Part shown: positions 49,491 to 59,900 of the stretch, in pieces
Layout: every line of letters begins with the position of its first letter
How positions within the stretch are numbered: the first letter of the stretch is position 1
Assembly (NCBI GenBank): GCA_010909165.1
Contig: MU008164.1
Location: forward strand, 372,001-436,000
DNA length: 64,000 bases
Origin: Anthoceros angustus
Lineage: Eukaryota > Plantae > Anthocerotophyta
Direction: 5' to 3'
Made by a program: the position numbers and the translations under genes
The notes under the pieces: model-generated
The model's database searches: none
The model's input: the letters and a program-made list of their open reading frames with translations, nothing else
Told to the model about the DNA's origin: nothing

Positions 49491-52400
49491 GGATTTTGGT
49501 AGATGTAATTTTCCATGGCTATGTGCCACGATTGTATATACAATGCAATTCCTGCATTTTCTGTTTTTTATATGATTTTTACATATTGCCCACCGTGCAA
49601 ATGCTCTAGTGTGCCTCCATTGAATTGCTCAAGTAGCAACTCAACTGGAGGTGCGCTAGACTATCTCACCGATCTTGCGTAATCTATATGAATTCATCAA
49701 AATAAAATAGAAATAAAACAAGAATGCACCCATTCTTTTTCTATCTTATGTTTCTTGATTTTAACTTATTTATAAAACAAGAAAACAATCAAGAAAACAT
49801 TGTGCATATTTTCCGATGCACATTTCAATGTGCATTCATTTGAATGCAACCTACACTAGGTATGCTCGATACCATGAAGATTTTATGGACTAATGTAGAT
49901 CAATTAAACATTATAGAATAATTACATTGTTGGATCAAGAAAGAAGTAAGTTGCTTATGCATGAAAAGACAACTAAACTAAATTTAATGAAACGTTGTAT
50001 CTATTCACTTAGAGACGTAACCCTAATGAAACGACACCATATCTAGTAAACCCTAGCTTATCATATCTTGGTAATATATGGATAACTTAAACCCCTAAAC
50101 CCCTAACTATGATATCAACATTGTATATCATTAAAACTGGTGAGCTTGTCCTTAACAATGGACAGCAATCATTTTGGAAGTAGGATAACGCCATCCATAC
50201 GACCAAGAGAACTATAGAGGACCCTTGGTGAGCTTGTAAACATTGGTATCTGCAGTTCTGAACAAAGCGATGCTAAGCAAATACTCATGCATAGTAAGGT
50301 ACCAAACTCTCCCACTTTGCTTAAGCCCATATATGCATTTTAACGACGAGTACTTTGTGTGGGTATGTCGATCTGCACCCTTCCATACGGCAGACATGTA
50401 AGTTCTTCGCTCAGTATTATGGGCGACCACCGACGGCCACCGGCGCGCACAATCCCATGTCGTTGTAGTAAGGAGTCCGCTCCCAAGAGAATGATAGGCT
50501 CCGTCTGCGTTCAATCGATTCTCACCTCACTTTGTGACTGCTCACCAACACACATCCGTCATTTTGCGCTTAACTACTCGTAACGTCCACCGAACAGGCC
50601 GTGTGGCTAAACGCTTAAGGACCCGTTCAGGCGTCCAGACGCTCACGCCACTGTTCCTCTAGTCCGCTCCTCTCACCACTCTCACTACACCAACCATGGG
50701 AAAACGCGAGTGGCTGCAGTCTGCCCGACCTCCTCCGCCCGCCGGGTCCCTCCGTCCGCTCAGACGCCCGGGAGTTCCTCCGGCTCACGCCCGGCCGCTC
50801 GACCGCCGCCTGGACGAACAAGGGTCCCCAATCGCTCTTCCCCGCACACACCACTCACACGTTAGGGTCCATCACGGGACCTTGATCCTCTCCGGGCTGC
50901 TCGTGCTCGCCGGACTCAGACTCACGTTAGCAAGAAGACGACAAGGGTCTCGCAAGGAAACGCATCAACACCAAGAGAAGATGATTTACTCACCTCGGCC
51001 CTCTTATACTACGCCAAGGTCGGCGCCTTTATTACACCTCTACTCGAAATGAGGTTAGCTCCGCGCCTAATCGCCGCCTACTATTCTCCTATTCCTCCTA
51101 TCTCCGCGTCGGTGGTGGGCCAGGATGGCCTCGATTCGCTCTTGGCACCGCGCCCAAAGCCGAGCCTCGACGATCACGCACCCAATCGGATGATCCGCGA
51201 GGCGGGACCCTTCCTCTCCCAGGGTCTGCCAGTCGGCCACGGCCGACAACGGCGTCACCACTAAGTCCTCCTCCTCCTCTTGTCTCTCGGGGCCCCTCGC
51301 GCAACGGGCCTCCAAAGGCCGGATCTGGGCCGGTGATTGGTGGCTCTCCCCACTCCCGAGTCTGGACCTCAGGGACCCCTGCCTCGACTCTGAGTCCGGA
51401 CCTCTAGGTCCGTCTTCCTCCGGGGTCCGGGTCCCTCGTGGTCCGCCTTCTTCTCGGAGTTCGGACCTTGGGGTCCGGACTTGCCTGGGTCCTGGACCCA
51501 ACCTTCCCTCGAGTCCGGACCTCGTGGTCCGGCCTCACTCGGAGTCCGATCTAAGTCCAGACTTCCTCTGGGGACCGGACTGGAGTCGGCCTTCTCGTGA
51601 GTCGGACAAAGTCCGGACCTGGCTGTGCTCTCGGGTTCCCTACCTCCTCACCGGCCGATCACGGCTCATCCACCGAGCCTCCTTGGTTCCCGAATGCCCG
51701 TTGCGCCTTCCACGGCCTCCCCTGGTCCTCCTTCCTTCCGCAAGGGGTGCTGAGTGCTTACCTGTAGTGACCTCCCTCCGCCCGGCCTCCTCCGCCTCTC
51801 CCGCCGGCTATCAAATCATGGGCCTTAGGGTCCCGTGGTCACTGCTGTCCCGTCCTCCCTCGCCTCCTCCTTCCGACCCTTCTCGGAAGTCCGCCTCCGC
51901 CTAGGGTGGCGCAGACCTCCAGAGCCTTGAGAGCTCATGGTAGTAGGCGAAGTCGGAATCAACTTGTTGAATCGCCTCCTCCACATGAGCCGGAGCACGG
52001 TACTCCTCCTCAGGTGTGTGCTCCGCACCGGCACATGTTGTCCATTGCTGGCCCGCCCGTGGCCAAGCTTACCAGCTAGGCGGGCGGACTCCTTGATGCC
52101 GTGGGCGGCCGGAGGAAGACCCAGGACGTTGAGCAGCGCTTAACGGGCAGCTGTCGGCCTTTAAGTAGCTCAGTGATAAGCACCTTTGGCTGTCTCCAAA
52201 CACGCGACTTCACCACGCGCTGTAATCCTTTGCCATATCCTCTTCGCCGCGATTCACATAGTCTCCGGGTATGGCCCCACCCCCTTTCTGTTGTGGAAAT
52301 TTGCATCGATTTGTGCGACGCTAATTCCTGCTTTGAATTGCGCTGCTTTCTTGTGTCAGATTGTATCAAATCGTTTCAGGATGGTAAGCGGTAGACGAAG

Positions 52401-52909
52401 TAGGAAGGACAGAGGAGAGCCAAAGGTAGACCATCCTTCCCCTATGCCCAAAGCAAAGAAATCACGCCCGGCAAAGAAGAAGAAGGATGCGGCAGCAATT
52501 CTACCTGTGGATGTTGGAGAAGGCGCGGCGCATCATCTCCGGTGGAGGCGCAGCTACAACCCAGCCATCAAGCACACTCGAGGTGTAATCGATTGGGCAT
52601 GGGAAATCGGGTAGCCTAATGTTTGGGAAGGCTAGCACAACCAAGGAGAAGGCGGCCCAGGGAGGAGACCGAGGTGTTGTTTAAGGGGCAGGCCAAACCG
52701 ATGACGTCGGCGGCCGCGCCCGTGGCATCGCAAGTGTGCCTTCACCCCATAACCAACCAATCGTGGAGGCGACGATGACGAAGGAGAATGTGAAGGGCAT
52801 CAGCGCCAACATCTCCAAAGTCCCCAGACGGTAGGTATCTTTGCGGAGCTTAGCCGTACTTGGCCGGATTGATTTGGTGGGTTCGGTGGTCGTTGGATGC
52901 ATGCTGCAG

Positions 52910-53214
52910 GCTACTTTGACGTGCGGGATTACGATGACGAGTGGATTCGCTTCAAGATAACCAAGGGTGACTTCATCATCCTCCCTCCCGGATGTACCAC
53001 GATTCACCCCGGACGAATCCTTATTCATCAAGGTTCGCCTCTCTTCCTTCTCCGGTGCCATTTCTCTTTGTTACAACTTGCTTTCAATAAAGGTCTTGCA
53101 AGGAAGCTTGTGGCTTGAAGATTGTACCATTGAGGTGCATTTAGGTGTTGGTGGGTTAATATTATTGGAACTGTGCGGGCATTGAGGCTCTTCATGGAGG
53201 TGCCTTCATGGACA
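52910..53214 (+). pseudogene. Acireductone dioxygenase (ARD) gene fragment, two exons
   Basis: After a CTGCAG acceptor: [28 protein letters not shown](M)[13 protein letters not shown] | intron | ALRLFMEVPSWT. This is the C-terminal half of the ARD cupin. The N-terminal EHxHxxEE metal-binding part was not found. Confidence 0.75.
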
Positions 53215-53990
53215 GACGAGGACTCCACGATTACAGATCAGCCAACTACGGAGATCGCCCGAGATGATAACGCTGACAAATTGGAAGCCCGTGAGTTAAC
53301 GTTGTTTCAACCCACCGGCATCACCCTAACCACTTTGTCCAAATTTCATAATGCTCATGTACGGTTTCCCATAAATCTTCTTGCCGCTTGTTTTGTCCGC
53401 TTGATGCATGCGGCTACTTACGCCAAGATCGCATGTAGATCTCATCCATCCTCTTAGGGAGCCTAACCTAGCCTTCACGGCAAAAGCAAAGGATGGGCAT
53501 TAGTTCCGACTTCCAAGGAGTTGATGATGCAACTAGTTTGAATTGCATGTACCAAACCAAGATTTGATGCCGATGAAAAGAATATGATTGATTGGCTGTC
53601 TATCTAGTCACTAGTCCAGCTTCAGCCTCTGAGCACTGCAATTGCTCACGCAGGCACGGCCGTTTAGATCCCGCCTTTTTGGGAGGGTCTGCTCCGCCTC
53701 CAACCGGAGGCTGGTTTGAACTGGTGCCGCCAAGTTTCCTCTTCTCGCCCATTTTTGTTTCCTAAACCGCCCATTCCTAGTCAGTTTGTGGCATTCAATT
53801 GGCGCAAGTTTTGTCCTCGGGGGCATAATGACTTGATGACAACGACAACCGGTGAGCGTCCGGTTATGAACGCCACGAGCTCCCCGCCGCTGATGGAATC
53901 CTTCAAACATACAATAAGATTGCGTAATATTTCTAACACATAAAGAAAAGGAGGGAAGAAGGATACAAATGAAAAGAACCCACCCTCGTA

Positions 53991-55848
53991 TGTGAAGTAT
54001 CATTACATAATCATTTGCTAGATTTGACTATAGCTAAGAGGTTTAGGCGGTACACACAAACATGTGTATCCGTAATGAATTAATTGAACATATCAAAAAG
54101 GTCTCATATGTGTTCATTAAATAGCCAAACCCTAAAACAAAAAGGTATATCTAAATATGATAAGTTAAGCTAATGGCAGCAACCCGTAACACCTCTTAAG
54201 CTCATGTTTAAGCAACTAACAACAAGCCCAAGATCATCCTAAAGCAAACCCTTCGTAAACGAAAGCGGTACGCGATCCACGTAAAAGCGCTCATGCACCG
54301 GACGACTCAAACTCATAGCTTCTGCCACTCCGCATCGCGGCTTGAGTAGCCCAACAACCTCCACTCGCAGCCCGAAGAAGAATAAGGCTGTTACCGGAGC
54401 CATGGCTAGTAACCTTGCCTCTTTGATCACGGAGCTGAATCAGCTGGTTTCCTGCATACATCTTCTCGCGGTGCGCCATGAAGACTGGCAAGGCGTGATA
54501 AGGATTTTAATCGAGGAAAACAGGAAGAATAAGATACCACCTGCCAAAACAATGTTTACGAGCTTTGGACAAGAGGCGTGCCACGCCGGGGGGACTACAA
54601 GACGTGGGCGGAGGATTCACTTGGGTGCCTACCACATGGAACTGAGCGTGAACCTAATATGGGGAAAGGTGAAGCGAGGGGAGACTCCTAATTTGCCTTT
54701 GTACGCTATTGGGGTGGAAGGGAAACAGACCTTGATCAGCCAGCTGGAGGACACCATTGAAATGCTGGACAGAATTAAGGACGTGATGCCGAGAGAGGAG
54801 GAGTGAAGGCCGAACCAAACAGCCAGGTGATTAGATGCTGAACTGGAGCTCCATCCAACCTGGTTTGTCAGGGTTTTCAAGTAACTTATAGCTGTGTGAT
54901 GTATCTGGGCAGGAGGAACATAGATGGAGAGCATCACAATAAACTCAGGATGTGGTCATCCGGAACCCCCTCTCACACAGATAAGAGTTACTTAGTTCTG
55001 CTCATAGGCTGTGAAATCAATAAGCCCTAGGCCTTCCATATGCCGGTAGTGTAGATGCTTGGGAAGGCCCTTTGTAAGGATGTCCGCCGTATTTTCATCT
55101 TGGAACATGGCGATCTTTATAATACCGATGAACCACATCTCTAATATAGTGATGTTGAATTTCAATGTGTTTCGTGCATGAAATTTAGGATTTGCAACAA
55201 GCGCAAGAGTGGACATGTTGTCACATAGAAGTGGCCTGGCTTGCTGCTGCCCCAAATCCAAAAGGTTCAGATCCACTGCCTCCTTAGAGGCCTGTCGACT
55301 CTTGTACTCGGCCCCGCTGACGAGAGGGCAACCGATGTTTGTTTCTTGCAGCCCAGCTTGGTGACAAATGAGGAGAGGAGAAAACAATATGTAGAAAGGC
55401 TTCGACGTGATTCTCGTGTCCGATGCCCAATCAAGATCTGAAGCCTTCAACAAAAGTTTCCCGCCGGCCCAGTTGCTTCGTATGCTAGTCCATAGGATCG
55501 AAAATTTTAGGTAGCGGAAGACACGCTTACCGCCAATGAACTCGGCCTGGATTTTCCAGAAATTGGGATAGGGTGCCGATCAATCGGATGTCCGCCTTGT
55601 CCAGCTAGCTATAAAAATTAAGCTTCCTATGGCATGCCCGTAAGGGACCTGTGCCATCTCTCACCTCGTCGCACCTTGTGGACATTGACTAGTGAGCTTA
55701 GTCCCTACAAGATATGGTGTAGTAGATGGCCGGCATGTTCAAGCTTAAACTTATGTAGCAGTTCTTGAACATATTGATACTGATGAATGATGATCAACTT
55801 CTCAGGTCTGACCCTTAGTAACTGAATGCCAAGGCAGAAACGTAGCTC
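53991..55848 (-). mobile_element. Ty1/copia element E, 3' part (B/C lineage)
   Basis: LTR inner end ...CCCGTAACA (54191) plus CCTCTTAAG. RT/RH remnants at 54992-55848 (ELRFCLGIQLLR, VANPKFHAR, ADILTKGL). Left LTR boundary inferred. Confidence 0.75.
54402..54806 (+). CDS. Antisense accessory ORF of copia E
   Basis: MASNLASL...(ATG AAG ACT GGC AAG at 54478)...HLGAYHMELSVNLIWGKVKRGET...GVEGKQTLISQLEDTIEMLDRIKDVMPREEE*. Confidence 0.7.
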   Translation: MASNLASLITELNQLVSCIHLLAVRHEDWQGVIRILIEENRKNKIPPAKTMFTSFGQEACHAGGTTRRGRRIHLGAYHMELSVNLIWGKVKRGETPNLPLYAIGVEGKQTLISQLEDTIEMLDRIKDVMPREEE

Positions 55849-56399
55849 ACAACACGATAAAGTTGCAAGGGGGTGAATATACAGGAAGGGGGTTTTCTGT
55901 ACAATATACACCAAAGGGGGTTTCCAATGGGTTGGGAATCAGTGATCCACTAAACCGTGCAATTTCACACCGAAAGTAGGGTGTGCACCCGAGTAAGCAT
56001 CGGTTTCATGGACCCACGGTGTGTGCATGGTATTAGGAAAGGCACACTGTGGAAGTGTCGAAATAGAGCCCATTAACTTCTACCAGCCGGTCAATCGAAC
56101 AAAGAGTTGGTCATTCTAGAATTTGACACCATGGTGGGCCTCAAACCCTATGCATCATGTCCCTGCACTGTGAAACTTGAGAGGGTATGAATGACACGGA
56201 AAGGGTGGTAGAAATCATCCCTATATATGCAACTTTCACATTTTATGGGCGCTTGGTGCCGGCCGCCACGGCTTACACTGGGCAAAGCGACGTTGTACCC
56301 ACAACGATTGATAGTCGCAATCGCATATTAAGGCGAGATTCGCGCCGCTTTGCCGCTTGTCAAACTTCCAACCGTGGTTTCAATCAGAAACACAATTAT

Positions 56400-59300
56400 C
56401 AAGCCTTTTGTTTAGTGTTGTTGCGATGACAGATCGACCACTAGTGTGGTGTACCATATGAAAACGAAAAGACAAGAAAGGAGTCGCCATCGCCCGATGT
56501 GTACAGTTTTTATTATTCCTTCTAGAACAACATAAACAAAGACAATGTCTCAAGTCATGTTCGCCTAGGGTTCTTCCAAGACATCTCATCAACATCATCC
56601 ATGTTGTCAATATCCGCCTCCTCCTCATCGCTATTGTCCGACACATCTTCACCGGGTGGTTCAATCAAGCCGTATCTCGCTTAGCTTCTCCTTTATAGCC
56701 CTTTTTGTCGTTGGCATAATGCTTCCGTAGTAAGGTTGAAACCATAGTACAATATCGTATCATTGATGTAAATCTCTTGTATGTTTTTGGGGAACACGGT
56801 CTTTGACCCTTGCCTTGATGACTTCTCCCGATGCTTGGGCCCTTGTCCGCGGACGATGTACTCCTCAACATATCGCCTTCGAAAGCGCCAAGATGTTCCG
56901 CTGCATTGGACCATTAGACTCGGACGGAAAGCATCATGTTTCACTTCCACCACTCTTCCGATCCAAAAGGTCTCATAGTGATCCGAAGCATGGAATTGCG
57001 ATGAACATTCCATTTCCAATCTCACCACATCGCCATTCGCCGCTCCATTTCTTGTCGCCGAGCCACTTGCGTAAGCCCCAAGTACATATCACGCCGTGGA
57101 AGCTCCCTCAATAATGCTTCGCCGAAGGCTTTCATTTGGTAAGCGCAAAGGTCAGACTGTATCTTCAACGTCCGACCTAGAAAACCATTTCCGTGGCTTT
57201 TGAGCGCCAGCCAATGTTGTTCTCCACGATAACCGCAATCTCATGCTGGTCCTCCCAAGGCCTCCCACCACAAATGTTCATCTCATGCAATATATGCACG
57301 CAAGGAGAGCCCTTCTTTAAGATGGGCCACACCTGCCTTTAAACCGGAAGTGAGCCTTTTTGTCCCTAGACGCGTTAGAGAGGTGATCTTTGATGTCATT
57401 AGACGGACGAACTTCAAGAACTCCAAGCCTCCTTCGCCTCCCATAGCGGAGATGTCGAATATTGCTTGCTTGAATAACCGTGACTAGACCTCGCCCGCCT
57501 TGTCCTCCCGTGTTATCTTAAACTGGTGTTGGAACGAAGGTTATTCGGTTCCTGACCGCATTGCGTACGTGACCATCTCCTCTTCGATGGGCCACATATG
57601 ACAAGTCCGGACCTCGTGAGAATTTTCACGCCGAGTTGGTGTGTATGCTTTTCCGAGAATATCGAGCGCGTGCAATGTGTGCGCTTCCTTGTGTTTCGTG
57701 CAAAACCGTGAAAACATCCGGTCAACTGTCGTGTGTGCCCCACTAGCGTAAAGCCCACCTTCACCTTCGAAATGTACCCATGTCTACTAACATATTCGGA
57801 TATGCAAAAGAAGTTGATTTTTGTTCTCTCGACAAGTATTGTCCAACCGCAAGTACAAGACTTTAGGCAATATCCTTCATAATTGTAACATCTTGGATGA
57901 TGCATATCGTTAGATTTGCATCGTTCAAGGTTTGCATAGTGCAAATATGCGCCGCTTTATATGTATAGTTATGAACCATGCACCCACCACATGTACAAAT
58001 GGCGCGGCACTCCTCACTTAAATTCTTTTGGCCACCGTAAAAATGTGGGATCTCCGCTTTCTTTTGGTCCATCCCATCAATAGCGAGTAACATGTACTTG
58101 TGGGGCTCAACGTAGCTTTTCGTCCGGTGTTTGGCCATTTTGGCACGCTGATAACCGCATGCGATGTGCCTCAAGATGTTGATATTTCTCCGCACCAAAC
58201 AATGTACGTTTCTTTAGCATCTACAAGCCGCCCATGCCGGTACAATCAACTTACGAAAGGGGAGAAGGCGGCCGGCGCCTCCTCCTAAACCCTCCTCTCT
58301 CCTCTCTCTCGTGGGAGGCGCCGGCCGGCGCCTCCTCCTAAACCATTCCTTATGCCGCACCTATCAGATGTCAAGATAGCCATAGTTGGGAGGAGGCGCC
58401 GGCCGCGCCAACCGCTATCTTGACATCACCACATAGCCAACGGAAATAGGGAAGGGAATGGAGAAGGGATGCCATACCTTGATCCACCTTTGAAAAGTGT
58501 TCAATGGTTGCCTTTAACCTGCATATCGCATTAGAAAACTGTTGGACTTAGGTATCTTAACATCAAGTGCACCTTCCAGAGCCTTAGAAAACCGTGCATA
58601 TGTCATAGCCCTTGTTTGTGACCGCTCACATTGTCGCTTGTACCGGGCCCATAGCTCCGCCTGCACGTGTCCTAAGATTGTATACCGCTGGGGAGCCGCC
58701 CGCCATGGACATGAAAACGTTGTCCATCCACGCAAGTGCATCCCGTGATGATCGGTGTGATGGATTTGGTCTCTGGTTATCCCACGGCGAGTTGCGCTCA
58801 CCGCCACTCTTCATATCGCTTATGACCAATACAAAACCCGCCTAAATGCTCGTAACATCGAAAGATGTCGCACCAACAAGGTGGGGTTGAACCTTTGTAT
58901 GAACTCCGCCATCACTTACCACCTTTAAGTGGACTCAAGGTGTGTCTCGCTCTTGACGTCCCATGTAGGAACCTATACCGATGTTCTTGGAATTTTTCTT
59001 TTGTCAATTTCAACACACATTTGATTGATGGCTTCAAACTCTCCACGATTGCAGTCACATCACTTCAAAGGCACGCAAGCCCTCCTCCTCGCATGCATCT
59101 TCCACGCGATTACCGCAATGAATCGCTCAAAGGTTTTGCTTGGAATGTAATAGCGGAGGGAATTCCCGATCGTGTCCGCCTCGAAGACATCGCCGCTGCC
59201 CTCATCTTCATGGTGCAATGCTTCCGCCTCATGATCTCCGTCGCAGAGGGAACAATCCGCCTTTAGTCTGATTGGGTTCCGCCATTTTGTCGTCACGGGT

Positions 59301-59900
59301 CTGCTACATGGTCGTTCCCCATATCTTCCACGGAAGGACTTCTCTAATTGCATATAAGTTAAGGTTCCGTGTTTGCGTACGACGGCATAGTTGGCGATAA
59401 CAAAAGTGGAATTCCACCTCCACTCCTTTTACCTACATGCATGGTTCCCACCACGTTGATGAGAAAAGTTGGGGAAAGATGCCAATGAAACCCAAACGCC
59501 TAACCTTACCTCCAGGTGGGCGGTGCGATTCCACCAACATTGCCGCCGGATGGGTTGTCTCGGATCGCTGCCCATATGGAAGCGTGCGCCTCCGATTGTG
59601 GTGGGCGCCGCCATCTCGCTTTCTCGCCAAACACCCAACCGTTAGCGTGTATGGATTGAATGGCGCACATGTGCATTTCAATGACACAGCCGCAGACCTT
59701 TCGCCTTCCGTGCGTCCGTAACATCAAGGGCTACAACTCGCGGGGAATAGGCGCTATGGAGAACGCCGGCATAATGGAACAATAGCGACCGCCGTTGAAG
59801 AAAGCTACTGGAGGTCCCCAATGTCCGCCTTATAGAACAAAGATGTATGAGCACACGTAATCGGGATTGTGTGCGGCGCAATGTCGACAAGCCCTTTCGC
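56400..59900 (-). mobile_element. Decayed DDE-type DNA transposase region (superfamily not assigned)
   Basis: Fragments YMLLAIDGMDQKK, DANLTI, GFTLVGHT, LWARYKRQC...YARF...VKIPK and FWIGRVVEV. Heavily frameshifted. A possible terminus CACAACACG lies at 55848, where the RT of E breaks off. Confidence 0.5.

Larger units (their letters stand above)
43417..50133 (-). mobile_element. Ty1/copia element D, full length, inserted in the RT of B
   Basis: ~257-bp LTRs at 43417-43673 (3') and 49875-50133 (5'). PBS complement GCTC(T)GATACCA at 49864-49874; PPT complement CTCCCACTTGTTG identical to A; TSD AAACC / AAAC(T). Indel-rich gag-pol at ~48721-44685 (FKEKDRF, LPESWSHFV, LRSDNGG, HARTKHI, ILTKALGK). 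Confidence 0.9.
27244..50390 (-). mobile_element. Ty1/copia element B: 5'-truncated host of the nest; its own sequence is ~27244-28079, 42247-43416 and 50134-50390
   Basis: The 3' LTR inner end GATAACCCTATTCGTAACA (to 27546) and PPT complement CCCCCCCTTAAA match element C. RT/RNaseH at 42500-43408 (TRPDI, GFTDADWA, SSTEAEY, DNQSA, HARTKHI) continues at 50134-50390 (IYGLKQSGRVWY). The outer LTR boundary is a guess. Confidence 0.8.

Noticed and set aside
52163-52200. tRNA or SINE head (GTAGCTCAGTGATAAGCAC resembles an A box)
   Set aside because: No B box or cloverleaf follows.
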